From Minisyncoccota bacterium (lineage in GTDB: Bacteria > Patescibacteriota > Minisyncoccia > Phycocordibacterales > UBA6065), in assembly GCA_035438745.1 (NCBI GenBank), contig DAORIX010000002.1, positions 1,830-65,829 on the forward strand: 64,000 nucleotides of DNA, written 5' to 3'. Below, in pieces: positions 9,740 to 18,638 of this stretch (its first letter is position 1; every line of letters starts with the position of its first letter). Both the position numbers and the translations under genes were made by a program. The notes under the pieces were generated by a model. It saw only the letters and a program-made list of their open reading frames with translations, was not told where the DNA came from and searched no databases.

Positions 9740-10999
9740 TTATTTTTTGAAGTAAGACGTGAATGTGTCAAAAGACATACATTCGATTTTTCCTGTTGAT
9801 CGTTCTTTAACCTCAACCCCCTGTTCTTTGAGAGTTTTATCACTCACTACGACACGAAGTGGAATACCTATGAGATCAGAGTCAGCGAACTTTTCTCCTG
9901 GACGCATATCTCTGTCATCAAAGAGAACTTCGATACCAGCTTTTTTCAAATTCTCATACATACGCACTGCCTCTTTTTCTGTTTCGCTTCCCGCTTTACC
10001 TAGAGAGATGAGATGTACTGCGTACGGAGCAATTGATTGTGGCCACACAATGCCTGACGCATCAGAGAGCACTTCCACAACAGTTCCCATGAGGCGTCCT
10101 GGGCCAATACCGTATGAACCCATGACAACAGGCTTCGGACTACCAGTCTCATCAACATACGTGAGCTCAAAAGCATCAGAGAATCGTGTGCCGAGACTAA
10201 ATATATTTCCCACCTCAACAGCTTTTTTTGGTACGAGATCTGATTTTTCTACACCGAGATCTTTGAGTACATCGTCAGTGAGCACTTCTTTGTTTACGGC
10301 AATCTTTTTCTTTTCATCAACGTAGATAGTGTCCTCACCCGCGTCGGTGATTGTCTGAAATTCATGAGAATATTTTGAAAAGCTACCGCCCGAAGCAAAG
10401 GTAACATAGGTTTTATCGCCCAAACCTACACGATTAAATACTCGAATGTATGCCTCTTTTGCCTTTTCATAAAAAGCTTCGTGACTCGGTATGTCTTTTG
10501 AAAAAGAATAGAGATCTTTCATCAAAAATTCGCGACCGCGCATAATACCTGATTTCGCACGAGCTTCATTTCTGAATTTTGTTTGGATCTGATACGTATA
10601 CACAGGCAAGTCTCGATACGATCTGATGTAATCTTTCATTAAATGAGTGAGCGGTTCCTCATGAGTGAATCCCAAACCGAGCTCAGTATCGTTTTTTAAT
10701 TTTGTTTTGAACCAGTTGTCGACAACTGCGTCTGACCAACGCCCTGTTGTGTCCCATACATTTTTATCCTGAAGAGCGGTCAAAAATAATTCCTCACCTC
10801 CAATAGCGTTCATTTCCTCGCGAATAATTGTCGTGATTTTATTCATCACTCGCAAACCGAGAGGTAAAAAAGAATACACACCAGCCATTTCCTTGTGTAT
10901 AAAACCAGCACGAATGAGTAGCTCTGCATTTTTGCTCACTTCGTCCTTGGGTGCTTCTTTGCGTGTTTTTGTAAAGAGAAGAGATTGCCTCATGGCCAT
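9740..10999 (-). CDS. proS: Prolyl-tRNA synthetase lacking the INS editing domain
   Basis: 419 aa. The N-terminus (MRQSLLFTKTRKEAPKDEVSKNAELLIRAGFI) and class II motifs match ProS. It is too short to contain the bacterial INS domain. Confidence 0.85.
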   Translation of the reverse strand: MAMRQSLLFTKTRKEAPKDEVSKNAELLIRAGFIHKEMAGVYSFLPLGLRVMNKITTIIREEMNAIGGEELFLTALQDKNVWDTTGRWSDAVVDNWFKTKLKNDTELGLGFTHEEPLTHLMKDYIRSYRDLPVYTYQIQTKFRNEARAKSGIMRGREFLMKDLYSFSKDIPSHEAFYEKAKEAYIRVFNRVGLGDKTYVTFASGGSFSKYSHEFQTITDAGEDTIYVDEKKKIAVNKEVLTDDVLKDLGVEKSDLVPKKAVEVGNIFSLGTRFSDAFELTYVDETGSPKPVVMGSYGIGPGRLMGTVVEVLSDASGIVWPQSIAPYAVHLISLGKAGSETEKEAVRMYENLKKAGIEVLFDDRDMRPGEKFADSDLIGIPLRVVVSDKTLKEQGVEVKERSTGKIECMSFDTFTSYFKK

Positions 11000-11031
11000 A
11001 ATAATAGCTTATTTTGAGCTTTTACAAACCC

Positions 11032-11059
11032 TTGCGATTATTTTTATTTGTGGTATTAT
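11032..11059 (+). promoter_or_regulatory. Sigma70-like promoter (TTGCGA-16-TGgTATTAT extended -10) for the small ORF
   Basis: -35 TTGCGA at 11032..11037 and an extended -10 TGgTATTAT at 11051..11059, with a 16-nt spacer. Confidence 0.4.
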
Positions 11060-11076
11060 ATTAGAGAAACACTCAC

Positions 11077-11250
11077 ATGAATGTCCTTCTCCGGAACACC
11101 ATCCACGTCATCGGAAGTATCGTTTCTTCAGGTCTCTGTGTAGCCATCGCGCACAATGCTTTGAAACAAGAACCTCCCCTTGTCATGTATGGTATCTCCT
11201 GGTTTTGTCTGGCGGTGATATTTATGTATCACGCCCTACGCAAACACTAA
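11077..11250 (+). CDS. Small (57 aa) hydrophobic membrane protein, not in the ORF track
   Basis: ATG at 11077 and TAA at 11248..11250, translating to MNVLLRNTIHVIGSIVSSGLCVAIAHNALKQEPPLVMYGISWFCLAVIFMYHALRKH. It is bracketed by a good promoter and a strong terminator. Confidence 0.4.
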   Translation: MNVLLRNTIHVIGSIVSSGLCVAIAHNALKQEPPLVMYGISWFCLAVIFMYHALRKH

Positions 11251-11262
11251 GGGAAAATTCAA

Positions 11263-11310
11263 GGGCTCGTTCGATTCTATCGAACGAGCCCTTCTTCTTT
11301 TTCTTTTTTG
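11263..11310 (+). terminator. Rho-independent terminator
   Basis: Perfect 13-bp stem gggctcgttcgat / atcgaacgagccc followed by a T-rich tract. Confidence 0.55.
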
Positions 11311-11320
11311 TCGCAAAAAA

Positions 11321-12412
11321 TTAGAGCAATTTCATCACGTCTTTTACGGTGATGAAAATCATAAACACGAGAAGTAAACCAAATCCAACAACATTGAGCG
11401 TGTTAGCAATAACTGGTTTTATCGGACGACGTATTACCGCTTCAATGAGAACAAAAAATATACGCCCTCCATCGAGTGCAGGAAACGGAATGAGGTTAAG
11501 TACCGCAAGGTTGAGCGAAATGAAAGCCGTAAATGACATCAAGTAGGCAAACCCAAGTTCACGCGCCTCGCCTACAAGTCCCGCAATACCTACAGGACCT
11601 GCAACACCCGAAAAGTCAGCGGTACCCGTAACGATACCTGCGAGTAAATTATAAATATGGGAACTAATACCTACGAAAAGTCCAAAAGTGAGACGTGCCC
11701 CTTCTACAAACGCTGTATGAATAGGAAGAGAAACATTTCCAACAATATCCATCGAAATACCCACAGCGTAGACATCAGAATCTGCTTTCTGTAGAGGAGT
11801 TACACTGAGCGTTCTTTCTTTTGCTCCTTCACGCAAAACAAAATCAAGAGGAGTTCCCTGCGATTCTTTGACAAGGTTTTGCACTTCTTCTACTGTCTGA
11901 GGCAAAACATTTTCTGATCCCCGCACAATAGCCATAATCTCCTCGCCTGCACGTATACCAGCGGTTCCCGCGGGCGATTCTGAGAGTACACTCGTGATAA
12001 TCACACGCCTGTCTTCGACATACTGCGCCGGAATATCAGAAACTCCTGTCGTGAGACCTGACATGAGAGATATAGAAAAGAATACCCACGCGAGGATAAT
12101 GTTCATGAGAACACCCGAAGACAAAATGAGTACCTGTGCCCATTTTGGTTTATGCACGAAACTGCGTGCACTGTCAGGACCCTGTATAGACTCGTCGTCA
12201 GGATTTTCACCAAATATTTTTACGAAACCGCCAAACGGAACGGCATTGATTGAATATACGGTCTCTCCCCACTTTTTTGAAAAAATCTTTGGCGGAAAAC
12301 CGAGGCCGAATTCATCAACACGAACGCCTAACTTTTTTGCAGAAATAAAATGACCGAACTCATGCACGAGAACGAGCACCGCAAGTATAATGAGAAATAT
12401 AATTATAGACAT
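11321..12412 (-). CDS. rseP: Site-2 protease, regulated intramembrane zinc metalloprotease RseP family
   Basis: 363 aa with an HEFGH zinc motif near the N-terminus, a PDZ-like middle region, and a C-terminal LDGG motif. Confidence 0.85.
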   Translation of the reverse strand: MSIIIFLIILAVLVLVHEFGHFISAKKLGVRVDEFGLGFPPKIFSKKWGETVYSINAVPFGGFVKIFGENPDDESIQGPDSARSFVHKPKWAQVLILSSGVLMNIILAWVFFSISLMSGLTTGVSDIPAQYVEDRRVIITSVLSESPAGTAGIRAGEEIMAIVRGSENVLPQTVEEVQNLVKESQGTPLDFVLREGAKERTLSVTPLQKADSDVYAVGISMDIVGNVSLPIHTAFVEGARLTFGLFVGISSHIYNLLAGIVTGTADFSGVAGPVGIAGLVGEARELGFAYLMSFTAFISLNLAVLNLIPFPALDGGRIFFVLIEAVIRRPIKPVIANTLNVVGFGLLLVFMIFITVKDVMKLL

Positions 12413-12419
12413 ATAACTT

Positions 12420-13001
12420 CTAGCTCATTATTTCCTTCTCCTTCTTTTCAAACTGATCTGATAGTTTTTTGTTTACCTCATCAACAATCTTCTGTACCTC
12501 TTGTTTAAGCTTGAAGTGTTCATCCTTTCCCATACCACCCTCTTTTTCTTTTTTATCAATATCAGAAATAACTTCGTCACGATACTTTCGAAGAGTAATG
12601 CGAGCGTGCTCCAATTTTTCTTTTGCCATTTTTACAAACTGCGTACGTGACTCCGTCGTGAGCGCTGGAAAAGAAACACGCACCCCTTTTTCATCAACAG
12701 AAACCGAGAGTCCGAGATTTGCGGTGGTAATTGCCTTTTCAATAGGCTTCACTTGGCTCGCATCCCACGGAACAATACGAATTGTTCTCGGGTCCTCGCT
12801 CGTGATAGCAGCAACTTGGTTGATAGACATAAATTGTCCGTATGATTCAACCTTTACGGTATCCAAAACAGACGGATTTGCACGGCCGGTACGTACGGTA
12901 CCGAGCTCTTTTTGAAGCCACGCCTCAGATGTTTTTGTCTTTTCTTTAAATGAAGAAAGATTGTATGCCATAGTGGTAAATAAAAAAATAAAATGGTTCA
13001 A
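12420..13001 (-). CDS. frr: Ribosome recycling factor
   Basis: 193 aa with the typical RRF length and a conserved C-terminal helical bundle. Confidence 0.85.
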   Translation of the reverse strand: MNHFIFLFTTMAYNLSSFKEKTKTSEAWLQKELGTVRTGRANPSVLDTVKVESYGQFMSINQVAAITSEDPRTIRIVPWDASQVKPIEKAITTANLGLSVSVDEKGVRVSFPALTTESRTQFVKMAKEKLEHARITLRKYRDEVISDIDKKEKEGGMGKDEHFKLKQEVQKIVDEVNKKLSDQFEKKEKEIMS

Positions 13002-13024
13002 AACCTCAATCAGAGACTAGTATA

Positions 13025-13708
13025 TCACAAACGAGGCATCATGAGAGCGATATGTTCCAAAATCAACTTAAGCGACGACGATCTGTCGCGCAAGAATGAT
13101 TGAAAGCGTACTAATGTCTCGTATATATCATGGCGATCAAGGAAGAGTTTCCTCTTGTGCACAAGAGCAATGAGTCGTTCCACAAAAAGCTGTGCCTTAA
13201 CTTTGTCTTTTTCATCGATAATGCTCTTCATTGCTTCCAAACGCACACTATATGGTGCCTGTAAAAAAGCGACGACCTTGGCATCAAAGTCCTCATTCTG
13301 AGCGTCGACAGACGAGTGACGTATTACTACCACACGAGAAAGAAGTGTCGGTAAAAAACGTTCAAGTGATGATGTGATGATAAAAAAATGTGTCCCTTCG
13401 GTTGGCTCTTCAAAAACCTTGAGTAAAGCATTCTGAGCTTCGTGATTCATGGAATCAACACAAAACAAAAATATCTTTCTCGAACCCGAAAATCCTCGAT
13501 AATTCTGCATACCCTGAATCTTTCGACTGTCATCAATACCAAAATGAGAAAACTCTTCATAGAAAAAATCAGGATTTCCCTGACGCACAATACCGAGCTC
13601 CTCCTTGAGGAGGCCACACACTTCGGAGACAATACGTTCCTTGTCTCCATAAATAATGTATGCGTGGTGAACAGAATCCTTTGTAAACATGGGCTCAGTA
13701 TAAAACAC
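13025..13708 (-). CDS. holB: DNA polymerase III delta-prime-like clamp-loader subunit, shortened
   Basis: 227 aa with HAYIIYG and the sensor motif FEEPTEGTHFFIIT (clamp-loader box VII-like). There is no intact Walker A, as in delta-prime. Confidence 0.65.
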   Translation of the reverse strand: MFYTEPMFTKDSVHHAYIIYGDKERIVSEVCGLLKEELGIVRQGNPDFFYEEFSHFGIDDSRKIQGMQNYRGFSGSRKIFLFCVDSMNHEAQNALLKVFEEPTEGTHFFIITSSLERFLPTLLSRVVVIRHSSVDAQNEDFDAKVVAFLQAPYSVRLEAMKSIIDEKDKVKAQLFVERLIALVHKRKLFLDRHDIYETLVRFQSFLRDRSSSLKLILEHIALMMPRL

Positions 13709-13725
13709 TCTACAGCAGAGAGAAA

Positions 13726-13757
13726 GAAAAAAGCCCCACTCTTTTACGAGCGGGGCT
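13726..13757 (-). terminator. Rho-independent terminator downstream of the second mreB paralog
   Basis: On the minus strand: a 10-bp stem agccccgctc / gagtggggct (one G·U pair) with loop guaaaa, followed by UUUUUU. Confidence 0.55.
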
Positions 13758-13942
13758 AGTCTTCGGCAGTACAGATAGCCTGGTTACAGAATCATGAGCA
13801 AGACCCAAACAGATGCCCACCGAAACGTATGTCTACCTATACTGTGTGTACACACGGCACTCAAAAAAGATTCGTGCGTGAAGAAGACTATAATGTAGTA
13901 TACACCCAAACACTGATAAAGTCAAGTGTCTGTTTTTATGGC

Positions 13943-14956
13943 TTACCTCTTGGCGATAATAGTCTTTTTGTATACGTCGAGATGGTCCATAGCAATACCT
14001 GTCCCCTTCACCACACAATAGAGAGGATCTTCGGCAAGCACGGCCTTTACTCCAGTGCGACGAAACACGAGCTCGGGGAGATTGCGCAACATTGATGAGC
14101 CTCCTGTCATAGTAATACCCTGATCAATAATATCTGCTGACAATTCTGGCGGAGTTTCTTGAAGTACGTCTTTGATAGCTTTGATCATATCTCGTAGCTC
14201 CCTACTAATCGCTTTTACAATTTCATTTGTTTTTATTTCTGTTGAACGAGGAAGACCTGAAATAAAATCACGGCCTTTAATAGTCATCACGAGCTCCTCT
14301 TCGAGAGGCACAGCAGAACCGATCTGCATTTTTATATCCTCAGCAGTCTTGTCTCCGATAGCGAGATTGAATGTTTTCTTTATATAGTCGGCGATAGCCG
14401 CGTCGATTTTGTTACCTGCGCATTTTACAGACGTAGACGACACGATTCCTCCGAGAGAAATAACCGCCACATCAGTAGTACCGCCTCCAATATCTACGAT
14501 CATGTGACCCTTTGCTTCATGAATAGGAATACCCGCACCAATAGCCGCGAGAATGGGCTCCTTTACGACGTATGCATTTTTTGCCCCTGCGTTAATGGCT
14601 GCCTCTACCACAGCGCGTCTCTCTGTTGAAGTGATGCCTGCGGGTACAGAGACGAGAACTTCTGGTTTCCACAAATTCCACTTACCGAGAGCTTTGTCGA
14701 TAAAGTATTTGAGCATCGCCTCAGTCACACGATAGTCGGCAATCACACCGTCCTTCATTGGTCGGTACGCAATGATTGATTCTGGAGTACGTCCAATCAT
14801 TGATTTTGCATCGAGTCCCACCGCCAAGATTTTGTTGTCTTGCTCAGAAACAGCCACAACAGAAGGTTCGTTGAGTACAATACCTTTGCCCGGTACAAAC
14901 ACGAGCGTGTTTGCGGTTCCCAAGTCGATTCCAAGTTTTTTAGTAAATAATGACAT
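13943..14956 (-). CDS. Second MreB-like actin homolog (MreB/Mbl paralog)
   Basis: 337 aa with LGIDLGTANTLVFV, VDIGGGTTDVAVI and related actin-fold motifs. It is clearly paralogous to the gene at 8660..9724. Confidence 0.85.
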   Translation of the reverse strand: MSLFTKKLGIDLGTANTLVFVPGKGIVLNEPSVVAVSEQDNKILAVGLDAKSMIGRTPESIIAYRPMKDGVIADYRVTEAMLKYFIDKALGKWNLWKPEVLVSVPAGITSTERRAVVEAAINAGAKNAYVVKEPILAAIGAGIPIHEAKGHMIVDIGGGTTDVAVISLGGIVSSTSVKCAGNKIDAAIADYIKKTFNLAIGDKTAEDIKMQIGSAVPLEEELVMTIKGRDFISGLPRSTEIKTNEIVKAISRELRDMIKAIKDVLQETPPELSADIIDQGITMTGGSSMLRNLPELVFRRTGVKAVLAEDPLYCVVKGTGIAMDHLDVYKKTIIAKR

Positions 14957-15103
14957 AGAGTGGCTATACTATACGCTTTTTTTACTGTTTTGCGATAGTT
15001 GACTGTTTGAATATATATGACTTGATTCTGTGTATAAACAACAGTTTACTAACATAGCATATATGCTATACTATAAAGACATTACTCTTTTAACACATCA
15101 GCC

Positions 15104-16639
15104 TTGCGTATGAAAAAAACAGAGGACACATTGATTGCTATAGGACACATGATTGCACGTTTGCGAGAAGACAGACGTATGACTCAGGCGGAGCTAGGAG
15201 AAAAAATCGGCACGACCCAGTCAGTTATTGCGCGCATCGAAAAAGGAGAACAAAACCTCTCTACTGAGTCCCTCTCAAAAATAAGTCAGGCACTCAACCA
15301 TGAAATACTCTCGCTCTCACGTGGAGGAACGGTCAATTTTCGTATAGAAGGTGGCAAAAAACTATCAGGATCAATACAAGTACGCACATCTAAAAATGGA
15401 GCGGTAGGAGTCATGTGTGCTTCCCTACTCAACAAAGGCAAGACGGTCATCAAAAATACTCCGAAAATCGAAGAGGTGTTTCGTATTATTGAAGTATTTG
15501 AATCAATAGGAGTAAAAATAGAATGGAAAGGAAATGATCTCCACATTACTCCACCAGAAACATTTTCTCTCAAAGATATTCACTACGAATCAGCTGCAAA
15601 AACACGCAGTGTCGTCATGATGATTGGTTCACTCATTCATCGAATGAAGAAATTTAACCTACCTCAAGCAAGCGGATGCAAATTGGGATCACGCACCATA
15701 AAACCCTACGTATACGCTCTCGAAAAACTTGGCGTCACCATTGAGACGAGCTCGCTGTATTACGAAGTTGAGCATCAAGGTCTCAAGAAAAATAGAGAAA
15801 TCATTATGTATGAGGCAGGTGACACAGTAACTGAGGCAGTACTCATGGCATCAGCACTCATACCAGGAACAACAGTGATTAAATTTGCCTCAGCAAACTA
15901 TCAGGTACAGGACGTATGTTTCTACCTCGAGCTTCTCGGTGTACGTATCGAAGGCATAGGCACATCGACACTCACCGTACACGGCCTCGACACCAGCGTA
16001 CAAAAAGATGTTGAGTACTTCTTGTCCGAAGACCCTATCGAAGCAATGTCTCTCATCACCATAGCGATAGTAACGAATTCATCGATAGTCATCGAGAGAT
16101 GCCCTATTGATTTTCTCGAACTCGAACTTCTCAAACTTGAAAAAATGGGCTTCAAGTACAAAATACTCAAACGCTACAAAGCAGATAACGGCAAAACAAA
16201 CCTCGTCGATATAGAAACAAAACCTTCAAAACTCACTGCGCTCACAGAAAAAATACACGCACAACCGTACCCAGGAATAAATATGGACAATCTTCCCTTC
16301 TTTGCGGTCATTGGTACCCAAGCAGAAGGCGAAACATTTATTCACGATTGGGTATATGAAGAACGAGCGATTTACTACAAAGAACTCGATAAGCTTCGCG
16401 CAGATACTATCCTCGCCGATCCTCACCGTTTTTATGTAAAAGGCCCAACAAAACTCAAAGCTACGGAAATTGTTTGCCCACCAGCATTACGACCATCAGT
16501 AGTACTCATGATTGCTATGATGGGAGCGCAAGGTACTTCAGTACTCAGAAATGTCTACAATATTAACCGTGGATACGAAGACCTTGCCGAGCGACTCAAC
16601 AAAATAGGAGCACACATAGAAACATTCAGAGACCTCTAA
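15104..16639 (+). CDS. murA: XRE-family HTH domain fused to UDP-N-acetylglucosamine 1-carboxyvinyltransferase (MurA)
   Basis: 511 aa. The first ~75 aa form a classical HTH_3 (RMTQAELGEKIGTTQSVIARIEKGEQNLSTESLSKISQAL). The rest aligns to MurA along its length, including the catalytic Cys loop (ASGCKLGSRTI) and C-terminal INRGYEDLAERLNKIGAHIE. Confidence 0.8.
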   Translation: MRMKKTEDTLIAIGHMIARLREDRRMTQAELGEKIGTTQSVIARIEKGEQNLSTESLSKISQALNHEILSLSRGGTVNFRIEGGKKLSGSIQVRTSKNGAVGVMCASLLNKGKTVIKNTPKIEEVFRIIEVFESIGVKIEWKGNDLHITPPETFSLKDIHYESAAKTRSVVMMIGSLIHRMKKFNLPQASGCKLGSRTIKPYVYALEKLGVTIETSSLYYEVEHQGLKKNREIIMYEAGDTVTEAVLMASALIPGTTVIKFASANYQVQDVCFYLELLGVRIEGIGTSTLTVHGLDTSVQKDVEYFLSEDPIEAMSLITIAIVTNSSIVIERCPIDFLELELLKLEKMGFKYKILKRYKADNGKTNLVDIETKPSKLTALTEKIHAQPYPGINMDNLPFFAVIGTQAEGETFIHDWVYEERAIYYKELDKLRADTILADPHRFYVKGPTKLKATEIVCPPALRPSVVLMIAMMGAQGTSVLRNVYNINRGYEDLAERLNKIGAHIETFRDL

Positions 16640-16715
16640 GGCTTTTTGTTTGACCGCTGTGTACTTATCTGGTTGAGTATAAACAGCCACAACTTAGGGG
16701 TATACTTAAAAAGCT

Positions 16716-18596
16716 ATGTTTCTCGTATCTGTCATACCTATCTCGCGGGGCATCGCAACAGATTCCCTATCGTATTTTTCAAAAGAAGCCCCAAAAGAAG
16801 GGTCTGTTGTCACTGTCCCTCTTCGGAAAAAAACGGCTCATGGACTTGTTATAAAAGTTTCTCCTGCCCAAGAGGCAAAATCAGAAATAAAAAACGCAGA
16901 CTTTGAACTCAAAAAAATAGAGGGTCGTTCGCGTACCATTTTTTCTCAATCATTTATCAAAACAGCTGAAGAGGCTGCAACGTATCACACAGGAACAATC
17001 GGTGGCGCGCTCTACGAAATAATCCCGAAAGCAATACTCACCCATCTCGACACAGTACTCGAGTGTACAGAGCCTCACTATGTCGCGAATATTCGACAGC
17101 ATTTTGTACTTCAAGAAAACGATGATGATCGATTTGCTCATTACAAAGGTATCGTGCGTGAAAAATTTGCAAAAAAACGCTCAGTGTTCTTGCTCATGCC
17201 TACAATCGAAGATCTCAAAAAAGGTAGAGCATATCTTGAAAAAGGTATTCAGGACTATACCTATGTTTTTCACAGCGACATGACGCAAAAAGAAACGGTT
17301 GATTTATGGAACAAGGCGCTTCGCGAAAAGCACCCTATTCTCATCATCGGCACGAGTATTTTTCTATCTCTACCACGCTCTGATATTGGGATGATTATTG
17401 TAGAAAAAGACAATTCACGTGGTTACAAAAATATTGGTAGACCCTTCCTCGATATGCGTTATGTTGCCGAGCGTTTAGCAAAAAACATAGGTGCAGATTT
17501 TCTGATTGGCGACTCATGTCTACGTGTTGAAACCATCGAGAGACACAACGAGGGAGATTTTGTCGAATTTGCTCCTCTGTCATTCCGCTCTCTCTCAACA
17601 GCAACCGACGAACTCATAGACATGAAAAAATATTCGGGTCGTGAAGATGGTTTTCGTGTACTATCTGATGAATTTATCAATCTCATCAAAACGAATAAAG
17701 AAAACAATGAACTGCTCTTTGTTTTCGCCGCGAGAAGGGGTGTCTCGCCTTCTACAGTCTGTTCTGATTGCGAGGATGTATTATCCTGTGCAAAGTGCAA
17801 TACACCACTTATCCTCCACGGAAAAGATGATTACCGTTTTTTCCTCTGTAATCATTGCGGAAAAAAATACGACGCAAAAACAACCTGCAAAAAATGTGGT
17901 AGCTGGCGTCTCAAGCCACTCGGTATAGGTAGTGAACTCGTCGAGGAAAAAATCAAAGAAATACTTCCTGATACAAAAATATTCCGTATTGATAAAACAG
18001 TCGCCACCACACACAAGAAAGCTGTTTCCATCGCTGAAAAATGGATGTCTTCTCCTGGAAGCATACTCATAGGTACCGAAATGGCGCTCACCTACATCGA
18101 CAAAAAAATCGACAACTGTGCTATAGCGACCCTCGACTCATACTTTTCAATACCGGATTTTCGTATAAGTGAAAAAATATTCTCTATCATTCTCAAAATG
18201 AGATCTCTTGCGCACAAAAGGTTCCTCCTGCAGACACGAAGGCCCGATGAAGCCCTCCTGTCCTACGCGTGGAAAGGAAATATGATTGACTTCTTTCGAG
18301 AAGAAATAATCTTGCGACGCGCACTCAACTTTCCGCCATTTTCAGTACTTGTTAAACTCTCTTCGAGTGGCACAAAAGAGCGTGTTACAGAAGACATGAA
18401 AACGATAAAAACACTATGTAGCGACTATGGCGTGGATGTCTTTCCTGCGTTTGTTTCACTCCCACGAGGACATGTGGGAATGCACGCACTCATCCGTATT
18501 GAAAAGAAAAGCTGGCCAGACAAAAAACTTATTCAAATACTTGAAACCCTACCCCAATCCTTTACGGTAAATATTGACCCTGAGAGCCTCCTCTAA
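16716..18596 (+). CDS. priA: PriA-like primosomal protein N' with degenerate ATPase motifs
   Basis: 626 aa with a 3'-DNA-binding N-terminal domain and a Cys4-Cys4 zinc-binding region (CSDCEDVLSCAKC...CNHCGKK...CKKCGS). The helicase core is collinear with PriA. The Walker A position reads QENDDDRFAHY instead of GxxGSGKT, and the DExH position reads IVEKDN. Confidence 0.7.
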   Translation: MFLVSVIPISRGIATDSLSYFSKEAPKEGSVVTVPLRKKTAHGLVIKVSPAQEAKSEIKNADFELKKIEGRSRTIFSQSFIKTAEEAATYHTGTIGGALYEIIPKAILTHLDTVLECTEPHYVANIRQHFVLQENDDDRFAHYKGIVREKFAKKRSVFLLMPTIEDLKKGRAYLEKGIQDYTYVFHSDMTQKETVDLWNKALREKHPILIIGTSIFLSLPRSDIGMIIVEKDNSRGYKNIGRPFLDMRYVAERLAKNIGADFLIGDSCLRVETIERHNEGDFVEFAPLSFRSLSTATDELIDMKKYSGREDGFRVLSDEFINLIKTNKENNELLFVFAARRGVSPSTVCSDCEDVLSCAKCNTPLILHGKDDYRFFLCNHCGKKYDAKTTCKKCGSWRLKPLGIGSELVEEKIKEILPDTKIFRIDKTVATTHKKAVSIAEKWMSSPGSILIGTEMALTYIDKKIDNCAIATLDSYFSIPDFRISEKIFSIILKMRSLAHKRFLLQTRRPDEALLSYAWKGNMIDFFREEIILRRALNFPPFSVLVKLSSSGTKERVTEDMKTIKTLCSDYGVDVFPAFVSLPRGHVGMHALIRIEKKSWPDKKLIQILETLPQSFTVNIDPESLL

Positions 18597-18638
18597 AACC
18601 TCCTTTACCTTTTCTGTATTACGTTTTACTATCAGTTC

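Noticed and set aside
10833-11324. 163-aa plus-strand ORF spanning the proS 5' end and the intergenic gap
   Set aside because: It overlaps proS antisense and is low-complexity. The better-supported small gene (11077..11250) is in a different frame and has its own promoter and terminator.
16646-16906. 86-aa ORF overlapping the priA-like start
   Set aside because: It is an alternative frame. The 16716 start gives a conserved PriA N-terminal DNA-binding domain.
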